A stretch of 64,000 bases of DNA, from IMG/VR virus record IMGVR_UViG_3300032092_000001. One strand, given 5' to 3'. The position numbers and the translations under genes are program-made. The notes below the pieces were generated by a model. That model saw only the letters and a list, made by a program, of their open reading frames with translations. It was not told where the DNA came from and did not search any database. Shown piece by piece: positions 9,297 through 19,355 of this stretch. Source of the stretch: a virus. Lineage: Duplodnaviria > Caudoviricetes. Position 1 is the first letter of the stretch. Every line of letters begins with the position of its first letter.

Positions 9297-11215
9297 TGGG
9301 TATTGATAACGCAAGCGACTTTAATGAATCAAAATCTAAACTGAATGCCTTTAAAGAATTTAATAAGGTTAATCAGTCTATTAAAGACGCTCAGGCAAAA
9401 GTTAATCAATTCCAAAAAAAGGCATCTGATATCCAACAAAGTTTGGATTCTGCCAAAATAGATGAAGCAATTAAAAACAAACTATCATCTTCATTTGAGC
9501 AAATGATAGAGATGATTGCAATGACTAAAGGAGCCTCAATCTCAACATCTGAATTTTTAAGAGCAAAATTTTTAAAGGCAATACAGAAAATTAAACCTGT
9601 ATTAATGGATATTTTAACCCAAGAAATGATTTCGGCTCTTGGGTGTTCTAATGAATCAACTTATTCTCCTGAGGACATTTATATTAAAGTGTCGTCAATT
9701 GATTTGTTTAAGTCGTTAATTATTAATCCTGATACTTCATCGGGTAAGGCATATTACGAGTTAAAAGATGTTAATGATAATACTTTAACTCAAAAATCCA
9801 GGCCAACTAATAAAATGTTATACAAATTATTAGAAAATCCTGGAGTTACTTTATCAGTATTGTACGGTACAAATTATAAAGGTGTGTCCGCACAACCTTT
9901 ATTTGACATATCTCACGTAACTTATAATCCCCAAACAGGTCAAAGTGGTAAATATTTTAAAATAACTCTATTATCTAAAGCAGACGGGATACAAAGAGTT
10001 ACCGACTTTTTAATGGATTATTTAAATACTATTGATTTAATTGATTTGAAAGGATTTATTACAAAATTAATTGATTTGGTTTTAAATATATTCACACTTG
10101 ACGTTGGTTTTGGTTCGGCAACTATAGATGATTCATCAAAGTTCGGACTAATGGTCCAAAGAGTTTTAGGGTTATGTTTTGATTTTGACGAAGAAATTAA
10201 TGTTGGTGGTAGTGTAAAAACTCCTGAGGTTGATAATGTTACAGATACGTTTTTTGAATTTGGTGAAATTGATTTAAGAGCAATAGAACAAAAAACATCA
10301 AACATTAAATTGGGAGTTGTTGAATTTGTTGATTGTAATAATGTTAAACTTCCGATAACTAACACATCTTACGTTTTAGACACAATAAATCAAATAACCG
10401 AAGACACTGATGCAAATTCTTCAGTCGGTAGTATTATTGACTCTTTGGTTAATGACCCAAGGTGGTCTATGGATTTCCCATACCCAAATGAATTAAAACT
10501 ATCAATCAATAATGATTTGATTAAGAACTTCCCATTAGCAGTTGTTGGGTCATTATTAACTCCAAAAATCTTACTACCTTTTATCCTCATGTATAAAGCA
10601 TTAGGAAGAGTTTTTGATGATACAGCACAAGGTGTTATGGGATTTTTAAAGGAGTTTAAAAAATTCTTTATCAATGTTGCATCAAGAATCGGGGCAATAT
10701 TTGTTGAGGTTTTATTTGAGGAGATAAAAAAAGACATACTTAGGTTAACTAGAAGTATTTTACAGGACATTAAAAACGAAGCGAAATCTTCACAAGCAGC
10801 AATAGTTTTGGCATTATTAGATACTGCAATTTTGATAATAAATACAATAAATGATTTTAGAAAATGTAAAAGTTTATTAGAACTTTTATTACAATTGTTT
10901 AATCTTAAAATACCAAGAGTTGGTAGTATTGTTCCTCCATCATTATTACCATTTTCAGCCGCATTACCAGGGACATCACCAAAAAGACAATTACTTAACA
11001 CAATTGAAGGTATGCAAAAACTTGGATTACCTACAGGTCCAAATAAAGATGGGTCCCCTAATTTAGGTTTACAAGCAATGTTCTCACAATTATCAGGACA
11101 GAAAAAAGACCAAGACCAAAATGGTAAAGTTGAGGTATTCATACCGGCTTTGGCGGTTGCGGCATTTGGAGGGGGTAGTACGATACCCACAACAAGTAGT
11201 GGTAAATTTTTATAA
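9296..11215 (+). CDS. Large hypothetical protein, probable virion/baseplate component
   Basis: 639-aa ORF in late operon just upstream of a gp5-like gene; function inferred from context only. Confidence 0.4.
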   Translation: MGIDNASDFNESKSKLNAFKEFNKVNQSIKDAQAKVNQFQKKASDIQQSLDSAKIDEAIKNKLSSSFEQMIEMIAMTKGASISTSEFLRAKFLKAIQKIKPVLMDILTQEMISALGCSNESTYSPEDIYIKVSSIDLFKSLIINPDTSSGKAYYELKDVNDNTLTQKSRPTNKMLYKLLENPGVTLSVLYGTNYKGVSAQPLFDISHVTYNPQTGQSGKYFKITLLSKADGIQRVTDFLMDYLNTIDLIDLKGFITKLIDLVLNIFTLDVGFGSATIDDSSKFGLMVQRVLGLCFDFDEEINVGGSVKTPEVDNVTDTFFEFGEIDLRAIEQKTSNIKLGVVEFVDCNNVKLPITNTSYVLDTINQITEDTDANSSVGSIIDSLVNDPRWSMDFPYPNELKLSINNDLIKNFPLAVVGSLLTPKILLPFILMYKALGRVFDDTAQGVMGFLKEFKKFFINVASRIGAIFVEVLFEEIKKDILRLTRSILQDIKNEAKSSQAAIVLALLDTAILIINTINDFRKCKSLLELLLQLFNLKIPRVGSIVPPSLLPFSAALPGTSPKRQLLNTIEGMQKLGLPTGPNKDGSPNLGLQAMFSQLSGQKKDQDQNGKVEVFIPALAVAAFGGGSTIPTTSSGKFL

Positions 11216-11217
11216 TT

Positions 11218-11415
11218 ATGAAAGAAGAAGTTTTAGAAATAGTTAAAGATTATAAAAACAAGTCAAATAAAGACTTAATTAAAGCTATGGATTTAATTAT
11301 CCAAGATTTTGAATTTTGTAAAAATAGAATAGTTGAATTAACCGTACAGTTAGACAAATTAGAAAATACATACAATACAATACTTAAAGAATATGACAGA
11401 AGGACAAATTCGTGA
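11218..11415 (+). CDS. Hypothetical small coiled-coil protein
   Basis: 65-aa ORF coupled to neighbours. Confidence 0.6.
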   Translation: MKEEVLEIVKDYKNKSNKDLIKAMDLIIQDFEFCKNRIVELTVQLDKLENTYNTILKEYDRRTNS

Positions 11416-13009
11416 TATAGTTGTTAAAACATTAAGAAGTCAATTTCCTGATATTAGAAGGGTTTTGTATGGTGGTACAGTTAAAGACGTAAAAGACCCA
11501 CTTAATTCAGGTAGGATTAGGGTGGTTCCTGACCCTCCAATTAATGTTCCACAAGTTTTACAGGCTTATGAAAATTTAAAAGATAATAAGGGTAATTCAA
11601 TATTAGATGATACATCTCAGGACGTTAATGAATCTTCTAAGTTCACAGACAACGACCCATTTGTATTTTTACCATTATTACCTTTAAATTTAAATATCAC
11701 TCCATCGGTAGGTGAATACGTTCATATTATTTATATGGATTACGATAATAATCCACAAAAAAGAAATCAGTTTTACATTCCATCATTTAAAGCGTCTCCG
11801 ATGAACTTAAACAAAGAGGTTTCATTAGTAACAAAATCTTTGTTAGGTGAGGGTATGAATTTTTCAAAACCGTTAGAGATAAAAAATAAAACAGGTGAGT
11901 TCAAATCAAATCTTTCAAAAGGAGTTTTTGCTGAGTTAGAGGATGTTGGGATTTATTCAAAAGGTAGGTCGGACATTATTTTAAAAGATAATGAAATTTT
12001 AATTAGAAGTGCTAAAACAAAAAAATTAGACCAAATACAATTACCTGAGGTAAACGATAAACGTTCTTTTTTACAATTATCAAATTTTGATTTATCAACT
12101 CAAAAACAACAACCTTTTACTAAAACTAGTATTGTTCCTGTTAAAAGTTTTGTTTCAAAATTAATTGAGTATGATATTGAAAATATTGAAACTCAATATG
12201 ACGCCTTTACCGGTAATATTAAAATATATGGTTTACCAAACATTCCAATAACAGAAGTTAGTAAATTTAATGAAAATACTGTAATTCCGGCAAGTTTTAG
12301 TACACCGATATTTAATTATAGTTTTTACGCATTACCACTTAGTTCTGTAACATCATTAATAAATGGAGTTATTAAAGGACTGGATAGTGGTAAGGTTGAT
12401 ATTAGTGGAACGACTTACGAACAACCATCTGACTCGTCTCAATTTCCGTTCTACTTTAGACCTTCAAAAAATATAGATAATTACATCAATACCCTGTCAA
12501 ATTATGATTCAGGAATTGCGGCTAATGCAAAATTAAATTTAACCACTCTTAGAACAGGTGTTATGTTTTTAGGTTCTATAGGACTAAATGGTAGTGGTTT
12601 AGTTAGTTCAAAGGGTATTATGGGTTTACCATTTAAACAAGTTAAACAAACCCTACAAACAAATTCAACTGAAGTCGGGAATAGTGGATATTCAATATTA
12701 GGTAGTGATTATGTTTATTTATTATCTCATAATACGGTTATTGACGGAAAACAAAAGGTTGATATTGGTAAAACAACTGTATACGGTATCAATGAAAAAG
12801 AATTAGCAACCTCAATAAAAGCAAATACTGAAGGATTAGTTAGAGGTAGCTCATTGAAGGAATTGTTGAATGCAATTGTTAACTTTTTAATATCTCACGG
12901 ACACCCATATCATCAGTTACCTCCCATACCTCAAGGGGTGGAAGAGATTACAAAACAAATGGCTCAATTTGATACGAAAATTATAAATCAAAATATTCGT
13001 ATAAATTGA
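11393..13009 (+). CDS. Baseplate hub/spike, gp5/VgrG-like
   Basis: N-terminal VKDPLNSGRIRV (gp5 OB-fold DP...GRVRV), P.VGEYVHI, C-terminal HGHPYH metal-binding spike-tip-like motif. Confidence 0.55.
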   Translation: MTEGQIRDIVVKTLRSQFPDIRRVLYGGTVKDVKDPLNSGRIRVVPDPPINVPQVLQAYENLKDNKGNSILDDTSQDVNESSKFTDNDPFVFLPLLPLNLNITPSVGEYVHIIYMDYDNNPQKRNQFYIPSFKASPMNLNKEVSLVTKSLLGEGMNFSKPLEIKNKTGEFKSNLSKGVFAELEDVGIYSKGRSDIILKDNEILIRSAKTKKLDQIQLPEVNDKRSFLQLSNFDLSTQKQQPFTKTSIVPVKSFVSKLIEYDIENIETQYDAFTGNIKIYGLPNIPITEVSKFNENTVIPASFSTPIFNYSFYALPLSSVTSLINGVIKGLDSGKVDISGTTYEQPSDSSQFPFYFRPSKNIDNYINTLSNYDSGIAANAKLNLTTLRTGVMFLGSIGLNGSGLVSSKGIMGLPFKQVKQTLQTNSTEVGNSGYSILGSDYVYLLSHNTVIDGKQKVDIGKTTVYGINEKELATSIKANTEGLVRGSSLKELLNAIVNFLISHGHPYHQLPPIPQGVEEITKQMAQFDTKIINQNIRIN

Positions 13010-13028
13010 TATTTATCTAAAAAAGATA

Positions 13029-14522
13029 ATGTCAATCCATCGTTCATATTTTAAAAAAAACAATACACTTTTATATAACAGTTTTACCAACACTGGTAAA
13101 TCACCGTATACTGAATTGTATTTTGGGTCAGCTAACGACCAAATATCGTCAACAGGATTTAGCCGTTTTATTTTTGACATAGATTTTTCACAACTTGTTT
13201 CTAAAATACAAAACAAAGTAATTTCTACAGGATGTACGTCATTTTCATCAATGACACACACATTACGTATGACAAATACTTCTTCCTTTGACTCAGAATT
13301 ATTAAATTCAACAACTTCTTCAGGTAGAAGGAGAGCGACTTCATTTGATTTAATTTTATTCAGAATACCATTAACAAGTGGAAACACAGGAATTGCTCAA
13401 TCATGGGATGAGGGAGTTGGTTACGATTTTTACGACGTTCAAAGAACAATATCAAAACCAAATGGTTTATTATCACCGGTATTATTACCTGAAGACAAAT
13501 CATACTCACAACGACCATCCAATTGGTTTCAAACAACAACATTATCGGCTTGGACCCAACCTGGAATATATTCAAATACAAACACAGGTAACATAAATTA
13601 TTCAGGTTTAACTATTGTTGACACTCAACATTTTGAATTTGGTAATGAGGACATTGAGTTTGATATGACAAATGAAGTTAACCAATATCTAACAGGGTCT
13701 ACAACAGGTTTCACCGGATGGGGAGTTGCCTTTGTACCTGAATTAGAGAATATTACAGGATTAACCGAAAACTATTCAGTTGGATTTTTTACAAGACATA
13801 CTCAAACATTCTATGAACCATTTTTAGAAACTTCTTATGTTGATTTAATTGAAGATGATAGAAATGCGTTTTATTCCAACAAACAAAATAAATTATACCT
13901 TTATTCTTATATTAACGGTGATTTCCAAAGTTTAGATGAAAATCCAACAGTTGCTATTAGAGACTTATCTGACGATGTTGTAACAACACTAACAGGATGT
14001 CAAATAACAAAAGGTATTTATCAAGTCACAGTTTCCGCAATAACTGCAACTACCCCTTGTATGTTTACTGACACGTGGAGTAACTTAAAGTATAACGGAG
14101 CAACATTACCAACAATTACAAATGACTTAACTATTTTACCTTTCAGTGAATATTTCACATTAGGATATGAGAGTAAGGACCCTGTATTATACGGTTTTGA
14201 TTATTATGGAATTAAACAAAATGAAAGAATTTTAAACACCGAGATAAGAAAAGTTGGGGTAATAATTAAAAGAGCTTATACTGCAAATCAGTCAATTAAA
14301 CCAGTAAATGCTCAATATAGGATATACGTTAAACAAGGACAAACAGAAGTTCAAGTTCAAGACTGGACTCAAATAAATAGAAGTTCAAATGAATATTATT
14401 TCGTGTTTGATACCACAGATAAAATACCTAACGAGTATTTTGTTGATATTAAAGTGTATTCATCAGGTGAAGTTAATACTTATAAAAGAACATTACAGTT
14501 TCAAATAGTTGATAAGATATGA
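13029..14522 (+). CDS. Probable virion structural protein (beta-rich, Thr/Gly-rich)
   Basis: 497-aa ORF, TATTTAT 12 nt upstream, next to gp5-like gene. Confidence 0.45.
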   Translation: MSIHRSYFKKNNTLLYNSFTNTGKSPYTELYFGSANDQISSTGFSRFIFDIDFSQLVSKIQNKVISTGCTSFSSMTHTLRMTNTSSFDSELLNSTTSSGRRRATSFDLILFRIPLTSGNTGIAQSWDEGVGYDFYDVQRTISKPNGLLSPVLLPEDKSYSQRPSNWFQTTTLSAWTQPGIYSNTNTGNINYSGLTIVDTQHFEFGNEDIEFDMTNEVNQYLTGSTTGFTGWGVAFVPELENITGLTENYSVGFFTRHTQTFYEPFLETSYVDLIEDDRNAFYSNKQNKLYLYSYINGDFQSLDENPTVAIRDLSDDVVTTLTGCQITKGIYQVTVSAITATTPCMFTDTWSNLKYNGATLPTITNDLTILPFSEYFTLGYESKDPVLYGFDYYGIKQNERILNTEIRKVGVIIKRAYTANQSIKPVNAQYRIYVKQGQTEVQVQDWTQINRSSNEYYFVFDTTDKIPNEYFVDIKVYSSGEVNTYKRTLQFQIVDKI

Positions 14523-15025
14523 AAAAAATAAGATTAACTGAAAGTCAATTGGTTGGTATAATTAAACAATGTATTAACGAAGGCCAAAAAGAAATTGACT
14601 CAATTTTAGATAAGATAAATAAGGTAGGTGTTGACGGATTATCTAAAAAAGAAAAAGAGTACTTAGATTACCACGCCAACACTGGAGATTACCTAGATGA
14701 CGAGGAGTTGATTACTGCAAATGACAGAGTCCCCTCAGGGGAAATATGGGAATTTGATGGATTCCAAGGAATACCTAAAATGGAGTTTCAATATGAAACA
14801 ACTGAAGAGTCAGTGGATGAGATTATCCATACAGGTTTTTTAACAGTTTCAGATGAACCTTTTTATGGTGAGATATATTGTGATTCAGAAGGTAACTACT
14901 CTGTTTGTAATTTTGAATCTGATGAAGGTGTTAATCTATTTGAGCAATATGAAGGTTTAGAAAGAGAAATTGAGAGTTTTTTATCAATAATATGTAATGA
15001 TTTAAAAGGTGATTTAATGTCGTAA
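14519..15025 (+). CDS. Hypothetical acidic protein with shared N-terminal leader (MKKIRLTESQL...INE)
   Basis: Leader similar to those of 59116..59592 and 55776..56102. Confidence 0.7.
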   Translation: MKKIRLTESQLVGIIKQCINEGQKEIDSILDKINKVGVDGLSKKEKEYLDYHANTGDYLDDEELITANDRVPSGEIWEFDGFQGIPKMEFQYETTEESVDEIIHTGFLTVSDEPFYGEIYCDSEGNYSVCNFESDEGVNLFEQYEGLEREIESFLSIICNDLKGDLMS

Positions 15026-15029
15026 AATT

Positions 15030-15545
15030 ATGGAAAAGTTAATTAAAAAAATTTTAAAAGAAGAATCTGAAAGATATATGTTCTTCAGTAATTTAGAACA
15101 AATGAGAAGACAATGTAATTTGTTACTTGATTTAGATAAAGAAATGGTTGAGAATATCTTAAAGAACGGTCATGACTGGGCTCAGGACCACATTGCCGAA
15201 GCCAAAAATAATATGGACCAAGTATTTGATTTTTTAATGAATGAAACCAAAAGACAAGAGTTTGGACCATCTGAAGATGATATGATGTACGAAACAATGG
15301 ATTTTGAAGATTTAGCAATTGCCGATGAAACTGATGGAATGGACCCAAATAAAGCATTGGCAATGTCTATGATGGAAGGTAGAAAAAAGACTGGTACAAA
15401 GTTATGTTCTCGTGGTAAGTCAGCAGCAAAATCAAAATTCAAAGTTTACCCTTCAGCTTATGCGAACGGTTACGCCGTTCAAGTATGTAAGGGTAGAATG
15501 CCAGGTCTTGACGGGAAGAAAAAATGTTCGTCACCTTATTGTTAA
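15030..15545 (+). CDS. Hypothetical protein with basic Cys-containing C-terminal module (YPSAYANG)
   Basis: MEKLIKKILKE leader; LCSRGK...YPSAYANGYAVQVCKG module. Confidence 0.7.
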   Translation: MEKLIKKILKEESERYMFFSNLEQMRRQCNLLLDLDKEMVENILKNGHDWAQDHIAEAKNNMDQVFDFLMNETKRQEFGPSEDDMMYETMDFEDLAIADETDGMDPNKALAMSMMEGRKKTGTKLCSRGKSAAKSKFKVYPSAYANGYAVQVCKGRMPGLDGKKKCSSPYC

Positions 15546-15588
15546 TACCAAATATTTTTAATACATTTGTCTCATATTCATAAATGAA

Positions 15589-16014
15589 ATGGGACCAATA
15601 AAAAGAAACTACTACAAACTTCGTATATATTTACGAAATAAATTTAACGCACCTGAATACGTAATTGAGCAAAAGAAATATGAGTCTCTTTGTATTAACG
15701 TAGTTCAATCTTTAATACACGACCCATCCTCTATACTCATCTATACACCAAAGACGTTTAAATACTACATTAAAAACGAAAATTTGGGGGTATATGTTGT
15801 AATGATTGATGGAGTACTGTCAGTTACAAACCATAGATACTCCTATGAAATTAAAATCACACCAAAAAATGAAAGAAAATTGGCAAGAATTTTTGACGGT
15901 CAATTAGAAATTCGTGGTGAGAAATTTGATGCGGAAATGATTATCCAAATAAAAGAGTCATTAAGTGATATTTATAATAAAATAAATATTCACAATAAAA
16001 AAGACAATGAGTAA
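15589..16014 (+). CDS. Hypothetical protein
   Basis: 141-aa ORF preceded by TACATTTG (TAnnTTTG). Confidence 0.65.
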   Translation: MGPIKRNYYKLRIYLRNKFNAPEYVIEQKKYESLCINVVQSLIHDPSSILIYTPKTFKYYIKNENLGVYVVMIDGVLSVTNHRYSYEIKITPKNERKLARIFDGQLEIRGEKFDAEMIIQIKESLSDIYNKINIHNKKDNE

Positions 16015-16207
16015 AGTTAGCGACGTACAATTAAAGAAATTACTTAGAAAGAATTTAAATGAAAATTTCTCACAATTCACAATGTTTGAGAGACAAGAAA
16101 TTATTCAAGACGTTCTTGATAGAGTTGGTGAATACGGAATGGATTATGTAAAAGCACTTGCTGAACTTAACATGAATTTCCCATCAACAAAATATAAAAG
16201 AGGTTAA
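16007..16207 (+). CDS. Hypothetical protein (leader ...LRKNLNE)
   Basis: 66-aa ORF overlapping upstream stop. Confidence 0.6.
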   Translation: MSKVSDVQLKKLLRKNLNENFSQFTMFERQEIIQDVLDRVGEYGMDYVKALAELNMNFPSTKYKRG

Positions 16208-17145
16208 TCTAAATACTTTCTTATTAACTGAATTAAGACCGACTCGTTGGTCTTTTTCTTTTTATGACTAACCATTACAGGTTTATTACCCGTACCTGTC
16301 TTATTATGTTTCTTTTCGGCCCTTCTCTTTTGAGCACATGCTGATTTTTTCTGAGCGTCTGACATTTTACCCGCAACTCCCGCAGCTCTGCATTTTGGAT
16401 ACCCCTTTGAATGTGCTTCAGGTCTTCCACAAGGAGGATGTTTACCATCTTTATCTTTTCTACAAATATTAACCCACGGTCCCTTTGGTTGTTTACTACC
16501 TTTTGGTTTTTTCTTTGTCCCAAACCAAACCGCTAAATCTTCATTAATCGTATCAACTTCATGTGTTGGGATTTCATATCCGTCTTCAGGATGTTTTTCC
16601 CAAACTCCAACTGTTTTTTTAATATTATTTTTTAAAGTTTTTTGTTTTTTTGTTAAATTCACAGGATTATCTGAAAATTCGGTAAAAGGACCCAATTCAC
16701 TTTTTCTCCATTTTTTTAAACCAATTTCTAAAGGTCCATTGTACATTCCTGCGGTAATAGACGTATCAGCTTCGCTAACAAATGGTTTAGATATATTATT
16801 TTTAATACGAGTTTTATTAAAATATTGATTTAAAATATCACCGTCATCGTCATTTAATGACGGATGTTTTTCATTATATAAAGAAATCTTCTCAGCACTA
16901 ACTTCTTTTTTCCTCGCATCCACAGTTTCAATATCGCCATCTAAACTATCATAATTTAATTCCGCATCGTAATAGTTACTTAACTCATCTACAAATGGGG
17001 CTAATGTTTTGTTTTTCCAAATTTTTAAACCCGGACTTAAAGGAGCCCTATAATTACCAACATTTGATGTAACTGTCGCTTCATTTATTTCTCTTTCGTA
17101 CTTTAAATACTCTTCAAAAATTTTTAAAAGATTTTGATTATCCAT
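16204..17145 (-). CDS. Hypothetical multi-module late protein with basic Cys-containing C-terminal module
   Basis: Two similar modules (ATVTSNVGNYRAPL..GLKIWK / ADTSITAGMYNGPL..GLKKW) and a WF...PCGR...YPKC module, each after INE or VSE. Confidence 0.7.
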   Translation of the reverse strand: MDNQNLLKIFEEYLKYEREINEATVTSNVGNYRAPLSPGLKIWKNKTLAPFVDELSNYYDAELNYDSLDGDIETVDARKKEVSAEKISLYNEKHPSLNDDDGDILNQYFNKTRIKNNISKPFVSEADTSITAGMYNGPLEIGLKKWRKSELGPFTEFSDNPVNLTKKQKTLKNNIKKTVGVWEKHPEDGYEIPTHEVDTINEDLAVWFGTKKKPKGSKQPKGPWVNICRKDKDGKHPPCGRPEAHSKGYPKCRAAGVAGKMSDAQKKSACAQKRRAEKKHNKTGTGNKPVMVSHKKKKTNESVLIQLIRKYLD

Positions 17146-17176
17146 ATTCTATTAATTATACTTAACATAAATATCA

Positions 17177-17443
17177 TTGAAAATGGAACATAACATGACT
17201 GAAGACGAATTAAAACAAGATTTAATGGATAAATTAAATGATTTATCCCCATTAGGTTCATTATTTGGTACGATACACTATAATACAAATGAAGATTTAA
17301 ATTTATTTATATCAAATTTAAATGAAGAACAATCCCTTTATTGTATTATTGAGTCAATTAAATATATACAGTCAAAAGGTTTATTCTCCCTTGAGGAATC
17401 CGAATGTCTATCAAAATCAATAAGAGTGATTTCTAATAAATAA
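17177..17443 (+). CDS. Hypothetical protein
   Basis: 88-aa ORF ending at a bidirectional terminator. Confidence 0.6.
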   Translation: MKMEHNMTEDELKQDLMDKLNDLSPLGSLFGTIHYNTNEDLNLFISNLNEEQSLYCIIESIKYIQSKGLFSLEESECLSKSIRVISNK

Positions 17444-17471
17444 AAAAGGTCAGATTTCTCTGACCTTTTTA
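17442..17471. terminator. Bidirectional intrinsic terminator downstream of major capsid gene
   Basis: aaaaaa-ggtcaga-tttc-tctgacc-tttttt. Confidence 0.8.
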
Positions 17472-17489
17472 TTATCCATTAAGATAAGA

Positions 17490-19319
17490 TTATCTCAATT
17501 CTCTTAAATCAAATGTACGTACTCCATCAACTGTGATACGTCCGTAGAAACGGTTGTTAACCATCTTCTTAGCGTAACGTGTCATGATACCTTTGATAGG
17601 TGTGAAGTTGAATGGGTTATACATAGTTGGAGTTAATTGTAGAGGTACGTATGGAGCGTAGATGTAACCAGTATCCAATAAAGATGTACCTTTGTGACCA
17701 ATCAAGATTGTATTTGGTGGGAAGTATGGGTCACGGTACACTTGGTAACGTCCACTCAATGTTCCAACTCTTTCAATACCCATGTTGTATTGGTCTTGCT
17801 CAGGAGCCGCGTTTGATACGTGGAAGTATTCCAAGTCATCAAAAATAGCACTGATTTCAGAAGAAACTACAATCCAGTTAGCTCCACCTCTTAAAGTAGA
17901 CTTGTGAATTTGAGCTGAGATTTGGTTAATCGCAGTAATCAAAGTCTGATTCCAGTCTTTTTGAGTGTATGGAGTAGCTTGGTTGTTCATTCTCTTCCAA
18001 CCGTTGTAATCCCAACGTAATGTCCAAGCCGCACCTTTACGTAAGTCACGTAAGATTTCACGGTCAATTTCTGCCGCAACTTGCTCAGACAATAATGCTG
18101 TCAATTCAGCTTCAGCGTCAATGTTGTGGAATGCCGCAACGTCTTGAGCTAATTCAGGAGACCATTGTGCTCTTAACTTTCTTTCAGTTACAGAAACTGT
18201 TACTGATTGTAAGTCAAAAGAAACTTCACCAATTTTGTCTTCAAATTCCAACTCTTCGTATCTCTTGAAGAATGCAGTAATTGGGTTAGTACCTGTAGTA
18301 CCTGTCATAGCCGCCGCACTAAATGTAATACCGCTATATCCATCAGGAGTTGCTCCACCACATGAAATACATGCTGGTACTTGAGTATCAACTTCTAAAT
18401 AAATAACACCATTAGCATCACATAAGTTATCATATGAACCACCATTACCTGAACCAGGCCATGATGCAGTTGCTTGAGAACCGTACTGAACGATACCTTG
18501 TCCGTATTTTTGAGTAACTACACGGAACAACAATGGAGTTGTTGTAGTAACACCCAAAGCACTTGCAAACGCTGAACTTGGTAACAATGTTAAATCAGAC
18601 AAAAATGCCTCATTATCCATTTCCTGTCCATCAGGACCAATCAATTTACCTGCTCCTGAGTTAGAGAAACCTGACATAGCTACAATAACTTTACGGTATT
18701 CCGCTCCACCATATGCAGATACAGACAATGAACCACCAGTCCATACAACTGTGTTAGTCACAGCAGATAACCACTGATAACGTCCTTTTGAATAGTCAAA
18801 TAAACCTGCTGGGTCTAAACCTGGCTCATTTCCTTCGTAGAATAAATCATACAAATTCTTAGCAATAGCTCCAGTGTCTGAATTATAACCAGCTTCTGAA
18901 GATGAAGGTCCGTTTGGTGCTCCGAATGGTGCGTAGTGACCATTACCATTACCATTTGCAACCGCTGGAGTCGCTCCAGTCCATCCTTGGATTTGAGGTA
19001 CAAAGTAGAACAATTTACCGATTGGTAAGTTCATAGCTTGTACTGATACGATTTCGTTAGCTAACAACTTAGAGAATACACGTCTGATGATTGGGAATAC
19101 AACCGTCTCAAAAGAACCTGAATCCGCAGTAGTTGCAGCTTCGTTAATCAAATGTGACGCTTGGTTTTCATACAACTGAGCTACATTTTCTTTTAGGTGG
19201 CCTTTAAGACCTTCTAGGAACCCTAATTTGTCCCATTTGTTTATAGTGTCTTCTTTGATAACTTTCAAGTGCTTAAGACCGATGTTACCTACTAATCCAC
19301 TTTCTAATAATGCTCCCAT
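17490..19319 (-). CDS. gp23: Major capsid protein, T4 gp23-like
   Basis: VFPIIRRVF, SVQAM..P.G..F, RKLRAQWSPELAQD, EIDREI, YAPYVPL, GIMTRYA; predicted maturation site LINE/A at E60. Confidence 0.95.
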   Translation of the reverse strand: MGALLESGLVGNIGLKHLKVIKEDTINKWDKLGFLEGLKGHLKENVAQLYENQASHLINEAATTADSGSFETVVFPIIRRVFSKLLANEIVSVQAMNLPIGKLFYFVPQIQGWTGATPAVANGNGNGHYAPFGAPNGPSSSEAGYNSDTGAIAKNLYDLFYEGNEPGLDPAGLFDYSKGRYQWLSAVTNTVVWTGGSLSVSAYGGAEYRKVIVAMSGFSNSGAGKLIGPDGQEMDNEAFLSDLTLLPSSAFASALGVTTTTPLLFRVVTQKYGQGIVQYGSQATASWPGSGNGGSYDNLCDANGVIYLEVDTQVPACISCGGATPDGYSGITFSAAAMTGTTGTNPITAFFKRYEELEFEDKIGEVSFDLQSVTVSVTERKLRAQWSPELAQDVAAFHNIDAEAELTALLSEQVAAEIDREILRDLRKGAAWTLRWDYNGWKRMNNQATPYTQKDWNQTLITAINQISAQIHKSTLRGGANWIVVSSEISAIFDDLEYFHVSNAAPEQDQYNMGIERVGTLSGRYQVYRDPYFPPNTILIGHKGTSLLDTGYIYAPYVPLQLTPTMYNPFNFTPIKGIMTRYAKKMVNNRFYGRITVDGVRTFDLRELR

Positions 19320-19355
19320 TTTAATTTTTAGGTTTAATTATTTGTTTGTTTATTT

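Noticed and set aside
10018-13387. Long minus-strand ORFs 10018..10365, 10390..11190, 13013..13387
   Set aside because: Fully overlap better-supported plus-strand genes; no motifs
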